A stretch of DNA of 64,000 nt from Myxococcales bacterium (GCA_037445065.1 JBBILD010000001.1:128001-192000), one strand, 5' to 3'; counted from the stretch's first letter, positions 30,441 through 40,800 are shown. Notes: a model not told the origin generated them from the sequence alone. Numbers and translations: made by a program.

Positions 30441-33400
30441 ATGCTGCACAGCGAGCGGATTGCTGCCCTTCGTGAGGCATTAACGCAGCGGATTCTCGTC
30501 TTGGATGGGGCGATGGGTACAGCCATCCAAGGATACCGCTTGACCGCCGAAGACTTCGGGGGCGAGGAATACGAGGGCTGCAACGAATATCTGGTGCTGA
30601 CCCGGCCGGATGTGATCGAGGCCATTCACCGGGGCTACCTGGAGGCAGGCGCGGACATGATCGAGACCAACAGCTTTGGCGGTACTCGAATTGTCCTCGG
30701 CGAATACGGCCTGCAGGACCGGGTTCACGAAATCAACTATGCCGCCGCCCAGCTCGCCCGACGCGCGGCGGATGCGTTTTCGACGCCGGAACGCCCACGC
30801 TTTGTAGCCGGCTCGATGGGTCCTGGCACCAAGTCGATCTCCGTCACCGGCGGGGTCACGTTCGAGCAAGTACGCGAGGTGTACCGCGAGCAAGCCCGCG
30901 CTCTGATCCAAGGTGGTGTCGACGTGTTGTATTTGGAAACGCAACAAGACACGCTCAACGTCAAGGCCTCCCTGCTTGGGATCCAAGATGCGCAGCGGGA
31001 TTTAGAAACCGCCGTTCCAGTGGTGCTCTCGGTTTCGATCGAAACCATGGGAACCATGCTCGCCGGCCAGTCGATCGAGGCTTTGTACGTGTCGGTGGCT
31101 CATTGGGACCTGTTAGCCATCGGCATGAACTGCGCTACCGGGCCGGACTTCATGACCGATCACTTGCGGACGTTGGCGGAGATCTCTCGGTTCCCGATCT
31201 CCGTATTTCCGAACGCTGGTCTGCCGGACGAAGAAGGGCATTACCATGAATCCCCAGAGCAGTTGGCGAAAAAAATCGAACGCTTTTGCGCGGAAGGCTG
31301 GGTGAACGTGATTGGCGGATGCTGCGGTACGACAGCCACGCACATCCGAGCCTTAGTTGAGGTGGCGCGCAAATACCCGCCCCGTCAGGTTCACCCCCCA
31401 CGGCGCTGTGCCGTGGCGGGCGTCGAAGTGCTGGTAATCGATGAGGATACCCGCCCGGTCCTGGTGGGCGAGCGGACCAATGTGCTGGGCAGCCGGAAAT
31501 TTAAGGAGCTGATTGCACAAGGAGACTTCGAACAAGCAGCCGAGATTGGACGCGCTCAGGTGCGTAAAGGCGCGCACGTGCTCGACGTTTGCTTGCAGGA
31601 TCCCGATCGGAACGAGGTCGAGGACATGCGGCGCTTCCTCGAAGTGCTGGTACGGCGCATCAAAGTGCCGATTATGATCGATTCCACCGACCCGGTGGTC
31701 ATCGAGGAAGCACTCAAACGCACGCCGGGCAAATCCATTATCAACTCGATCAACCTGGAAGACGGCGAAGAACGCTTTGCGCGCGTTGTGCCGTTGGCCC
31801 GCGCCTACGGTGCGGCGCTGGTGGTAGGGTGTATCGATGAGAACAAGGAGCAGGCCCAGGCGATCACCCGGGAACGCAAGCTGGAAATCGCCCTGCGTTC
31901 GTACGATCTGTTGACCCGGAAGTACGGTGTTCCGGCGGAGGACATCATTTTCGATGCCCTTGTCTTTCCGGTGGGCACCGGGGACCGCAATTACATTGGC
32001 TCGGGGTTGGAGACCATCGAGGGAATCCGAGCCATCAAACAACACCTGCCGGCATGTAAGACGATTCTTGGTATCTCCAACGTTTCTTTCGGATTGCCTC
32101 CCGCCGGGCGGGAAGTGTTGAACTCGGTTTTCTTGTACCACGCGGTGCAGGCGGGGTTGGATCTGGCGATCGTCAACTCCGAAAAACTCGAGCGTTACCC
32201 CAGCATTCCAGAGGAAGAGCGGCGACTCGCGGAAGATCTGATCTGGTGGCGGGGAGAGGACCCGGTTGCCGCGTTTACCTCTTACTTCCGGGCCAAGACT
32301 CGCGAGGTTCGTGCTGACAACCGGCTTGATTTGCCCCTCGATGAGCGGCTCGCTCGGTATGTGATAGAGGGCTCGAAGGATGGTTTGTTTGCCGACCTCG
32401 ACGAAGCGCTCCGTTCCCGCAAGCCGCTAGAAATTATCAACGGGCCACTCATGGCAGGAATGGACGAGGTAGGCCGGTTGTTTGCCCGCAATGAAATGAT
32501 CGTCGCCGAGGTGTTGCAGTCTGCCGAGGTGATGAAAGCCGCAGTCGCTTATCTCGAACCCCACATGGAGAAAAACGAGAGCACGGTGAAAGGCACGGTA
32601 CTGCTGGCCACGGTCAAGGGCGATGTACACGACATCGGGAAGAACCTTGTGGATATCATTCTAGGCAATAACGGATTCCGGATCGTGAATTTGGGCATCA
32701 AAGTTCCTCCCGAGGAGTTGATTCGCGCCTACCGCCAGTACGAGCCCGATTTGATCGGACTTTCCGGACTATTGGTGAAATCGGCTCAAATGATGGTGGT
32801 GACCGCCCAGGACCTCAAAAACGCTGGCATCCGATGCCCGATCCTAGTCGGAGGAGCGGCATTGTCCGACCGCTTCACCCGTATGAAGATCGCGCCTGCA
32901 TACGACGGCTTAGTGGCGTACGCGCGGGATGCCATGGCGGGCTTGGAGCTGGCCAATCAGGTGATGGACCCGGGTCGGCGCGAGGAACTGGCACGCAGGC
33001 TCGAGCGCGAAACAGAACGTTTGCTCTCGGAAGGGAGGCAGGCCAAAGAAGCCGCCGGAGCGGCGGTGGAGAGACCCCTGCGCTCGAATGTCGAGCCGGT
33101 CAGCGAAGTTCCATTACCCCCCGACCTGCGCGTGCACGTGCTGTCCGACTACGACTTGGAGGATGTGTTTCGATTCATCAATCCGGTGATGCTGTACAAT
33201 CGCCATCTCGGGTACAAAGGGGAATTCGAAGCGGCGTTAGCGCGCGGCGAGCCGAAAGCGGTGGAGTTGGCGGAAGCGGTCGCCGAGGTGCAGGCATTCA
33301 TGCTTGCACACCCGCAAATCCGTGCCCAGGCAGTCTATCGTTTCTTCCCGGCCAATTCTGAAGGGGATCGGCTGCATATTTTGAGCAGCGACCGCAACCG

Positions 33401-34025
33401 CGTGTTGGCCACGTTTCACTTCGGGAGACAGGCAGATCCTCCACACCTCTGCCTGGCAGATTTTACCTTGCCGATGGATCGGGGAGTCCCCGACTACATT
33501 TGCATGTTTGCGACCACCATCGGCCCAGATGTGAGGCGGATTGCTGAAGAATGGAAGGAGCGCGGCGATTACTTGCGCTCGCATATTTTGCAGGTGTTGG
33601 CACTCGAAGGCGCGGAAGGGTTCGCGGAGCTTCTCCATCAAAAAATCCGCGAAATGTGGGGGTTCCCAGACCCCCCTGGCATCCGCATGGAAGATCTCTT
33701 CAAGGCCCGTTACCGCGGGATCCGCGTCTCGTTCGGCTACCCAGCGTGCCCTCGTTTAGAGGATCAGGAGATCCTGTTTCGGCTGCTGGACGTGACTCGG
33801 CACATTAGTGTGCACCTCACCGAGGGGTACATGATGGACCCCGAAGGATCGGTCTCGGCGTTGGTTTTTCATCATCCGCAAGCCCGCTACTTCCGCTTGA
33901 GCGAATCTGACCTGCAACGACTGGAGCGAGCGATCGAGGAAGAGCAGCGGAGGCCCGAAGGGCGCCCACCGGATCGTTCCCTACCTGACGTGATGGAGCG
34001 ACAGGCTCCCCGCCTGAAAGCCTGA
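30441..34025 (+). CDS. metH: cobalamin-dependent methionine synthase
   Basis: LDGAMGT, GGCCGT, GERTN, B12 motif KGDVHDIGKN...SGLL, activation domain GYPACP. Confidence 0.97.
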   Translation: MLHSERIAALREALTQRILVLDGAMGTAIQGYRLTAEDFGGEEYEGCNEYLVLTRPDVIEAIHRGYLEAGADMIETNSFGGTRIVLGEYGLQDRVHEINYAAAQLARRAADAFSTPERPRFVAGSMGPGTKSISVTGGVTFEQVREVYREQARALIQGGVDVLYLETQQDTLNVKASLLGIQDAQRDLETAVPVVLSVSIETMGTMLAGQSIEALYVSVAHWDLLAIGMNCATGPDFMTDHLRTLAEISRFPISVFPNAGLPDEEGHYHESPEQLAKKIERFCAEGWVNVIGGCCGTTATHIRALVEVARKYPPRQVHPPRRCAVAGVEVLVIDEDTRPVLVGERTNVLGSRKFKELIAQGDFEQAAEIGRAQVRKGAHVLDVCLQDPDRNEVEDMRRFLEVLVRRIKVPIMIDSTDPVVIEEALKRTPGKSIINSINLEDGEERFARVVPLARAYGAALVVGCIDENKEQAQAITRERKLEIALRSYDLLTRKYGVPAEDIIFDALVFPVGTGDRNYIGSGLETIEGIRAIKQHLPACKTILGISNVSFGLPPAGREVLNSVFLYHAVQAGLDLAIVNSEKLERYPSIPEEERRLAEDLIWWRGEDPVAAFTSYFRAKTREVRADNRLDLPLDERLARYVIEGSKDGLFADLDEALRSRKPLEIINGPLMAGMDEVGRLFARNEMIVAEVLQSAEVMKAAVAYLEPHMEKNESTVKGTVLLATVKGDVHDIGKNLVDIILGNNGFRIVNLGIKVPPEELIRAYRQYEPDLIGLSGLLVKSAQMMVVTAQDLKNAGIRCPILVGGAALSDRFTRMKIAPAYDGLVAYARDAMAGLELANQVMDPGRREELARRLERETERLLSEGRQAKEAAGAAVERPLRSNVEPVSEVPLPPDLRVHVLSDYDLEDVFRFINPVMLYNRHLGYKGEFEAALARGEPKAVELAEAVAEVQAFMLAHPQIRAQAVYRFFPANSEGDRLHILSSDRNRVLATFHFGRQADPPHLCLADFTLPMDRGVPDYICMFATTIGPDVRRIAEEWKERGDYLRSHILQVLALEGAEGFAELLHQKIREMWGFPDPPGIRMEDLFKARYRGIRVSFGYPACPRLEDQEILFRLLDVTRHISVHLTEGYMMDPEGSVSALVFHHPQARYFRLSESDLQRLERAIEEEQRRPEGRPPDRSLPDVMERQAPRLKA

Positions 34026-34138
34026 GGCGAGTGGGCCCTTCACCGAAGCCCCTTCGGACTGAACCAGTGGCCAAACCGGCAGCGGGGAGAGGGGGCGTTT
34101 TCCCGAGGTGCTCGTCCCCGCCTCAGGTCAGAAGAAAG

Positions 34139-34211
34139 GGTGAGTGAAGGGGCTTGAACCCTCAACCCCCGGAGCCACAGTCCGGTGCTCTGCCGTTGAG
34201 CTACACTCACC
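34139..34211 (-). tRNA. tRNA-His (GTG)
   Basis: Reverse complement GGTGAGTGTAGCTCAACGGCAGAGCACCGGACTGTGGCTCCGGGGGTTGAGGGTTCAAGCCCCTTCACTCACC; cloverleaf with G-1; CCA not encoded. Confidence 0.93.
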
Positions 34212-34314
34212 ACCTGTCGGACTTGTGAGCCGAGGAAAATACGAAAAGTCCCCCCTCGGCGCAAGGCGGTTGGCGTTCGCTGGGAGTCGATTTGCCGCCG
34301 GCGCGGCGGTGAAG

Positions 34315-34388
<74 letters not shown>

Positions 34389-34428
34389 GTTTTGCCCTTC
34401 GAACAAGTTCTTTCCCGCCAAGGTTCAG

Positions 34429-34502
34429 TCGGGGTGAGAGGATTTGAACCTCCGACTCCCTGCGCCCAAGGCAGGTGCGCTACCAGGCTGCGCTACACCC
34501 CG
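34429..34502 (-). tRNA. tRNA-Pro (TGG)
   Basis: Reverse complement CGGGGTGTAGCGCAGCCTGGTAGCGCACCTGCCTTGGGCGCAGGGAGTCGGAGGTTCAAATCCTCTCACCCCGA. Confidence 0.95.
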
Positions 34503-34572
34503 CTGGCCGAGCGGAGCTTGCTAACAGGGCCCCGAATCGGTTGCAACGGAAGTCGATAGCGGGCGCAGGGGG

Positions 34573-35196
34573 TCATTCGTTCCGCCGCGACTCAAAGCCG
34601 ATCAAGAAGGGCAATAAGTGCGGCCGTAAACGTTCCACGGCGCGAGCCCGATGCGAGACCTGGTTTTTCTCTTCAGGCGAAAGTTCCGCGAAGGTTTTGT
34701 CGAGTGGCGGGTAAAAGAACACGGGGTCGTAGCCAAAGCCCGCCTGGCCGCGTGGCTCGCGGAGGATGACGCCCTCGCAGCTCCCCTCCGCGCTGATCCA
34801 TCGCCCGTCGGGAAGGGCGAGCACCAGTACGCACCGGAAGCGGGCTGACCGCTGCTCCCAGGGCGTTCGCGCAAGAGCCGCGAGCAGCTTCTCGAGGTTT
34901 TGTGCATCGGTGGCCCTCTCCCCGGCAAAGTGAGCGGATTGCACCCCTGGGGCCCCAGCCAAAGCGTCTACCTCGAGGCCAGAGTCGTCCGCCAAGGCTG
35001 GCAGGCCCGACCAGCGGGCGATTGCCTCTGCCTTGAGCCATGCATTTTGCTCATAGGTGCTGCCTGTTTCGCGCACGTTGGGAGGATCGGCAAAGTGGCT
35101 CAAGTCGAGAGGCTCGATTGGACAAGAAGCGAGCAAATCGCGAAACTCTCGTGCCTTGCCGCGATTGTTCGTGGCGAGCAGAAGCAGCGGCCGCAT
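34573..35196 (-). CDS. rdgB: non-canonical purine NTP pyrophosphatase (XTP/dITP diphosphatase)
   Basis: ATNNRGK, ADDSGLEVDAL, GFGYDPVF, KNQVSHRARA; directly downstream of rph. Confidence 0.95.
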   Translation of the reverse strand: MRPLLLLATNNRGKAREFRDLLASCPIEPLDLSHFADPPNVRETGSTYEQNAWLKAEAIARWSGLPALADDSGLEVDALAGAPGVQSAHFAGERATDAQNLEKLLAALARTPWEQRSARFRCVLVLALPDGRWISAEGSCEGVILREPRGQAGFGYDPVFFYPPLDKTFAELSPEEKNQVSHRARAVERLRPHLLPFLIGFESRRNE

Positions 35197-35198
35197 TG

Positions 35199-35918
35199 TC
35201 AACCGAGTACCTCGCGCTGCAAGTGGAGGAGTTGCCGAATGGCCACGGAGCCCATCCCGATCAACTGGTCGAGCTGCTCACGGGAAAACGGTGTCCCTTC
35301 GGCTGTTCCCTGGATCTCCACGAAGAGATCCCGGTCTGTCATCACGAGGTTCATGTCCACTTCCGCACGCGAGTCCTCCTCGTAACAAAGATCCACCATG
35401 GGCACGCCGCTAACGATCCCGGCGCTAACCGCTGCGACCGCACCGGTAAGCGGGTTCTCGGGCAGCTCCCCGCTGGCGACCAATTTGCGTAGCGCCAGGG
35501 CGAGAGCCACGTACGCCCCCGTGATCGAGCATGTGCGCGTGCCTCCATCCGCTTCGATCACGTCACAGTCAATCCAGAGCGTGCGCGGCCCTAGCTTCTC
35601 CAGGTTCACAACAGAGCGCAAGCTGCGGCCGATCAGACGCTGAATCTCATGCGTTCTGCCTCCGAGGCGCCCGCGGGCAGCCTCCCGCGCAATCCGCTGC
35701 GGGCTCGAACCGGGCAGCATTCCATACTCCGCCGTGAGCCACCCTCTGCCTGTGTCTTGCAAAAATTGAGGAACGCTCTCCTCGATAGCTGCCGTACAGA
35801 TGACTCGCGTATTGCCTGCCTCGATAAGTACCGAACCCATCGCCTGTCGGATAAAGCCAGGCTCGATTCGAACCGGCCGCATCTGCTCGGGGCTGCGCCC
35901 ATCCACTCGTGATCCCAT
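35199..35918 (-). CDS. rph: ribonuclease PH
   Basis: [47 protein letters not shown]. Confidence 0.97.
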   Translation of the reverse strand: MGSRVDGRSPEQMRPVRIEPGFIRQAMGSVLIEAGNTRVICTAAIEESVPQFLQDTGRGWLTAEYGMLPGSSPQRIAREAARGRLGGRTHEIQRLIGRSLRSVVNLEKLGPRTLWIDCDVIEADGGTRTCSITGAYVALALALRKLVASGELPENPLTGAVAAVSAGIVSGVPMVDLCYEEDSRAEVDMNLVMTDRDLFVEIQGTAEGTPFSREQLDQLIGMGSVAIRQLLHLQREVLG

Positions 35919-36060
35919 CGTGATTCTCCCTCCTTTGGACAAGCGGCTGCGCATATCAGCCAGCGCTGCACACGTGCAAGGCGGGCGCTCGCGCAGAATT
36001 TGCTTGCGGCCCTCTCCGGCCGGTGCTATTTTTTTGACGCTTGGCGTCCTGGGGAGGATT

Positions 36061-37041
36061 ATGGAAATTCAGATTGTGAAGGGGAACCACCCGGCGATGG
36101 AGAAGATTCTCCAGATTTGTCAACGGGTGGCGCCGACCGACTCGACGGTGCTGATTCAAGGAGAGAGCGGGACGGGGAAGGAACTTGTCGCACGGTACAT
36201 CCACGCCCACAGTAACCGGGCAAATAACCCTTTTATTGCCGTCAATTGCGGGGCTATCCCGGCCGACTTGCTCGAGTCCGAAATGTTCGGGCACGAGAAA
36301 GGTGCTTTTACAGGCGCTGTGGGCTCCCGCATGGGCCTGTTTCAGTTGGCCAATGGCGGCACCATCTTTCTCGACGAGATCGGGGAGATGACGCCTGCCT
36401 TGCAGGTCAAGCTCCTGCGCGTGTTGCAGGAGCGGGAGATCCGGCCTGTCGGTGCCGATCGGACCATCCGCGTTGACGTGCGCGTGATCGCAGCGACCAA
36501 CCGCGACTTGGCGCTGGAAGTGGAACGCAAGCGGTTCCGCGAGGACCTGTATTACCGGTTGCAGGTGATCCCAATCACGATTCCGCCGTTGCGGGAGCGC
36601 CGCTCGGATATCCCGGTCTTGGTGCAGTATTTTCTCGACCGGTTGAACAGTCAAAGGCCAGGCCAGCCGGTGCGAATTTCCAACGAGGCGATGGTGCATT
36701 TGTGGGAGTACGACTGGCCCGGTAACGTACGGGAACTCGAAAACTTGATCGAACGCCTGGTGATCTTGAGCGACGATGGGGTGATCCGCGCGGAGAATCT
36801 GCCGCCCAATATTCGCACGTTTATTTCTGACAAGAAAATCCCCCGGCCAACGTTAGGCGAAGAGGGGATTGACCTGAACCGTGCGGTGGAAGAATTCGAG
36901 TATCGTTTGATTGACGAGGCCTTGCGGAGGACCCGTGGCAATAAGCAAGCGGCCGCAAAACTGCTGGGTCTGAAGCGGACCACGCTCGTGGCAAAGCTAC
37001 GCCGCAAGGGGAACAATCCCGACCGCGGCTGTGTGGTGTGA
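36061..37041 (+). CDS. sigma54-dependent transcriptional activator (AAA+ and Fis HTH, no N-terminal sensor domain)
   Basis: [40 protein letters not shown]-terminal HTH. ATG 36061 after GGAGG. Confidence 0.92.
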   Translation: MEIQIVKGNHPAMEKILQICQRVAPTDSTVLIQGESGTGKELVARYIHAHSNRANNPFIAVNCGAIPADLLESEMFGHEKGAFTGAVGSRMGLFQLANGGTIFLDEIGEMTPALQVKLLRVLQEREIRPVGADRTIRVDVRVIAATNRDLALEVERKRFREDLYYRLQVIPITIPPLRERRSDIPVLVQYFLDRLNSQRPGQPVRISNEAMVHLWEYDWPGNVRELENLIERLVILSDDGVIRAENLPPNIRTFISDKKIPRPTLGEEGIDLNRAVEEFEYRLIDEALRRTRGNKQAAAKLLGLKRTTLVAKLRRKGNNPDRGCVV

Positions 37042-37078
37042 CCCACGGGACGGGGCACGAAGACTAGAGGGAACACGT

Positions 37079-37528
37079 ATGGGACTTGATCCGGGGAAGA
37101 TCATCGGCTCGGTTTTGGTGGTCGATGACGACGAAAATGCTTTAGAAATCCTCACTCGCATGCTGGCTCGGGAGGGTCACACGGTATCTTCGGCGCGCAG
37201 CGGTCCCGAGGCGCTCAAGCTGCTGGAAACAAGGAGCTTCGAGGTCATTCTGCTGGACGTCATGATGCCCGGGATGGACGGTTTCGAGGTGTGCGAGGCA
37301 TTGCGAAAGGACGCGCGGCTGCAGAAGGTTCCGGTAGTCTTGCTCACCGCCAAAGACGATCTCGAGAGTCGCGTTCGGGGTATGGAACTCGGTGTGGCCA
37401 AGTACCTCACAAAGCCGGTGGATCGCATGGAACTACTGACGACCGTGCAGGAACAACTGCACGCCAGTCGCATATACTCGAATCTGGAAAAAACAGCTCG
37501 GGGTCTCGGGGATCCGTCTGGGTCCTGA
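37079..37528 (+). CDS. single-domain response regulator
   Basis: VLVVDDD, LLDVMMPGMDG, LTA, KP motifs; only a short C-terminal helix follows. Confidence 0.9.
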   Translation: MGLDPGKIIGSVLVVDDDENALEILTRMLAREGHTVSSARSGPEALKLLETRSFEVILLDVMMPGMDGFEVCEALRKDARLQKVPVVLLTAKDDLESRVRGMELGVAKYLTKPVDRMELLTTVQEQLHASRIYSNLEKTARGLGDPSGS

Positions 37529-37542
37529 TCGCACGCCTCTCT

Positions 37543-38715
37543 GTGCTGCCACCATCGCAAAGGTGTTCCCGGCCGCGGTCACGCGCTGGGTTGGGAATCT
37601 CCACAGGCGTCCTTTTGTTGGCGGTGTCCGTGTTTGTTGGTTGCCGAGCTGGCAGTGGTGCGTTCTGGCCTGCAGCGGCACAAGCGCCGGTGCCGACTCC
37701 CCTGCATGATGGATGGAAACGAGGGTTGGCGTGCAACGAGGCGCAATCCTGCCTGGACCCTCTGACGATGCCGCTGGACCGGCCTTGGCAGCCCGAGCCC
37801 GGCACTCGCTTGCTTGTCGTCGCTCCTCACCCGGATGATGAAGCGCTCGCCGCCGCTGGTCTCGTCTGGCAAGTGCAGCAATCCGGCGGCGCGGCGGCCG
37901 TGGTCTATCTGACTGACGGGGACGGGTACGCCGATGGAGTGCGAGCCTGGCGTGGTAGGGAAAGTTTGCGGGCGGAAGACTTCCGCGCGTATGGGGTGCA
38001 GCGGCGAGTCGAGGCACGTACCGCGGCGCGGCACCTAGGGCTAGCTCCGAACCACATTTGGTTCCTGGGCTTTCCGGATGGCGGTCTCCTGGAGCTTTGG
38101 GCACACTGGAGCCGAAAAGCCCCGTATTGCTCCCCGTACACCGGACGTTGTGCGTCCTCCCCGGTTTTGACCAACACTTCCCCTTACGCCGGAGAGGAAC
38201 TGGTGTCGGCCATCAGTGCGATTTTGCAGCGATGGCGGCCGGACCTGGTGCTTCTTCCCGACCCGAGAGACCTTCATCCGGATCACTGCAACGGAGGACT
38301 ATACGGGGGCTTGGCATGGAAAGAGCTGGCTCTTTCCAGCCCCCGCTCTCCCCAGGTGTTGACATACCTGGTTCACTCGCCCGAGTACCCAGGCGCGTCA
38401 GGATGGCTAGCGGCGGTTCGTGCCGCCGGGGTGTGTGGTAGCGGGGTTGGCCTTGCGGAGGTCTCCCGAACACCGTGGGTCTACTTTCCGTTGCCACCCG
38501 AAGCAATCGCCGCGAAGCGGGCAGCCTTGGCCGAGTATCGGACGCAGATGGGCGTGATGGCAGATTTCCTGAGCCACTTCGTGCGTCCGGCGGAGGTGTT
38601 CGCCCAGTGGTCGCCCAACCAACTGTTGGCTGCGGTTGCTTCGATACGGGGGCGCGTGCCGTTCGGCTCCGACTCAACCTCCCCCGCAATTGTTGTTCCG
38701 TATCCCGGGCCGTGA
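37543..38715 (+). CDS. PIG-L/LmbE-family deacetylase, probably a lipoprotein
   Basis: APHPDDE, RRVEA, LGFPDG, DLHPDH; possible lipobox VSVFVGC. Start uncertain (37543 or 37591). Confidence 0.8.
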   Translation: MLPPSQRCSRPRSRAGLGISTGVLLLAVSVFVGCRAGSGAFWPAAAQAPVPTPLHDGWKRGLACNEAQSCLDPLTMPLDRPWQPEPGTRLLVVAPHPDDEALAAAGLVWQVQQSGGAAAVVYLTDGDGYADGVRAWRGRESLRAEDFRAYGVQRRVEARTAARHLGLAPNHIWFLGFPDGGLLELWAHWSRKAPYCSPYTGRCASSPVLTNTSPYAGEELVSAISAILQRWRPDLVLLPDPRDLHPDHCNGGLYGGLAWKELALSSPRSPQVLTYLVHSPEYPGASGWLAAVRAAGVCGSGVGLAEVSRTPWVYFPLPPEAIAAKRAALAEYRTQMGVMADFLSHFVRPAEVFAQWSPNQLLAAVASIRGRVPFGSDSTSPAIVVPYPGP

Positions 38716-38850
38716 TAGTCCTGCGCTTGAGTCCATGCGCACCCAGGTGTCGGGTCAACGTATGTCTCCCCCGTTGGAACAGGGTAGGAACACCTGGCCC
38801 GTTCAGTGGGTACGGTCCATTACGTTGCTGTCGCTTTTCGGAGATCCGAT

Positions 38851-39918
38851 ATGCAGTTAGCGAACCCGTTGGTTTACCAAGTTGACCTCGAAGGGAACCG
38901 CGAGCGGCTGTCGCGGCTTCGAGCAGTTGTGGGCGATGCCGAAAAAGTCGCATTCGTCCTGCAAGATGACCCTGATCCAGATGGCATCGCCAGTGCGATC
39001 GCCCTGCGCACAGTGCTGGGGAGGAACCGCGCGACGACGCCGATTTTTGCTTTCGGACAGGTGACGCGCGCCGAGAACCTCGCCATGCTCCGTTTGCTCG
39101 ACGTGAGTATCGAGCAAGCGGACACCGAGACCCTGCGGAGCTTCCCTTGCATCGCATTGCTGGATGTTCAGCCCGCCTACTTCGGGGATCGGCTGCCGCA
39201 CGTGCACGTGGTCATTGACCACCACCCCAGAAATGGCGCCATTGATGCGGAGTTTTGTGATGTCCGCACCCAGTATGGGGCTACCTCTACGATTCTTACC
39301 GAGTATCTGGAGGCGGCGGGCGTCGACGTCAGCCAACGTCTTGCTACCGCGCTTTTGTACGGCATCAAGAGCGACACTTTGATGCTCAACCGCGAGACCG
39401 GGCCAGCCGACTTGCGTGCGTTTATGGCCTTGTACCCTCTGACGAATTACAACGTGCTGCGCCGGATCGAACGCCCCGAGCTTCCCCTTTCCTTCGCCAA
39501 CTTTCTTGCCCGAGTGCTGCCGCGGATCCGGAAGCGGATGGGTTTGTTGGTTTTGCACGTGGGAAAGGTAGACCGCGAAGACATTATCCCTCAGCTTGCC
39601 GACTTTTGCCTCCAGTTCGAAAACACCGAGTGGGTGGTGGTGTCCGGGAAGATTGGTGACTCGATCGTGATGTCCGTGAGGAACCCGGGGTATGTGCGCA
39701 GCGCCGGCGATTTGGTGCGCCGCCTGTTCGGAGGGGTTGGACGGGCCGGTGGGCACCGCTCTATGGCGAAGGCCGTTGTCCCTTTGCGAGAGTGGAGGAA
39801 AGCCCTCGGTTCGACCCGCGACCGGGCAGTGGCCGACAAAATCGAACTGTTGTTCTGGCAAGAAATCTACGGCGCGGGTAGCGAGTGGACGCGCACTGCT
39901 GCGAACGCGACGTCCTGA
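38851..39918 (+). CDS. DHH/DHHA1 phosphoesterase (NrnA-like)
   Basis: DPDPDGIAS, LLD, IDHH, GIKSDT, GGH motifs. Confidence 0.88.
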   Translation: MQLANPLVYQVDLEGNRERLSRLRAVVGDAEKVAFVLQDDPDPDGIASAIALRTVLGRNRATTPIFAFGQVTRAENLAMLRLLDVSIEQADTETLRSFPCIALLDVQPAYFGDRLPHVHVVIDHHPRNGAIDAEFCDVRTQYGATSTILTEYLEAAGVDVSQRLATALLYGIKSDTLMLNRETGPADLRAFMALYPLTNYNVLRRIERPELPLSFANFLARVLPRIRKRMGLLVLHVGKVDREDIIPQLADFCLQFENTEWVVVSGKIGDSIVMSVRNPGYVRSAGDLVRRLFGGVGRAGGHRSMAKAVVPLREWRKALGSTRDRAVADKIELLFWQEIYGAGSEWTRTAANATS

Positions 39919-40088
39919 GCCGTTCGCGTTCGCCAGCAGGTTGACGCTCGAAAAGGTGCTGGCAGTAGCTTGCATCGCGGGCCCATCGTTGCAATAAAGG
40001 CGGACACGACATTGTGGCGCGGTAAAATTCGATAGGCGCGCTTGTATAGGTTTTGCGTGTAGACAGCGTAAAAGGTGGTGGTCAAATC

Positions 40089-40478
40089 ATGGCAGGCGTG
40101 AGAAGATTGACGATGCGGGATCCGGAGCTGCGGCTCGATGACTTGGTTGAAAGCAAGGGATCAAGGGAGGAGTCGCGGTTATTGAGCGTCAAGCTGCCAG
40201 CGAGTTTGATCGAGCGGATTGATCGGCTGGTGGCAATGTTGCCGGCAACTCGCCCGGAAGTAATCATTGCGATTCTCAACGAAGGACTGGACGTGGCGGA
40301 ACGGGATCTCAAGGACTACCAGCCTCCGCCCCGCATGGAGATTCCGAGAGAGCGGCGGTGCACGGTCCGCGGTTGCGAGCGGGAGCGGATCGCCCGCGGA
40401 TTATGCGCGACTCATTACCAGGCGCAACGGAGAGCGCGCCTGGCCCAGCAGGCGGCACGAGCGTCTGCGGAAAAGTAA
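40089..40478 (+). CDS. hypothetical protein: RHH-like segment + C-terminal CCCH Zn-finger
   Basis: LLSVKLPASLIERIDRLVA...RPEVIIAIL; CTVRGC...ARGLCATHY. Confidence 0.7.
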   Translation: MAGVRRLTMRDPELRLDDLVESKGSREESRLLSVKLPASLIERIDRLVAMLPATRPEVIIAILNEGLDVAERDLKDYQPPPRMEIPRERRCTVRGCERERIARGLCATHYQAQRRARLAQQAARASAEK

Positions 40479-40549
40479 GTTGAAACGTGGGAGGCGTGCC
40501 CCGAAAAAGGCGCTTACGGGGAGCCTGCTTTGAGGCGAACCCGTACCTC

Positions 40550-40783
40550 GTGAGGAAGAGGATTGCGCGGCGTTTGTTCTGTGCCGTTCTGACATTGACG
40601 CTGTGCTGGCAAATGGCTGCCTGCGGCGGAGACGATATTGTGGTTGGCGGCAATCTTCCGCGTACGATTGTTGTCCCCACTCCGACGCCAACGCCCGCGT
40701 GCTTGGACTCGGGAAGCCCATGCACAAGGAGCCTAGATTGTTGCAGCGGAATCTGCCTCGCGGGATCGCTGGTTTGCCAGTAG
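40550..40783 (+). CDS. small lipoprotein with PT linker and 6-Cys knottin-like C-terminus
   Basis: Basic N-region, hydrophobic core, lipobox MAAC-GGDD, PTPTPTP, CLDSGSPCTRSLDCCSGICLAGSLVCQ. Confidence 0.7.
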   Translation: MRKRIARRLFCAVLTLTLCWQMAACGGDDIVVGGNLPRTIVVPTPTPTPACLDSGSPCTRSLDCCSGICLAGSLVCQ

Positions 40784-40800
40784 GAAACCCTGCGGGTTCG

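Noticed and set aside
39960..39975. Sigma54 promoter-like TGGCAGTAGCTTGCA
   Set aside because: The GG-to-GC spacing is one base short of the strict -24/-12 spacing.
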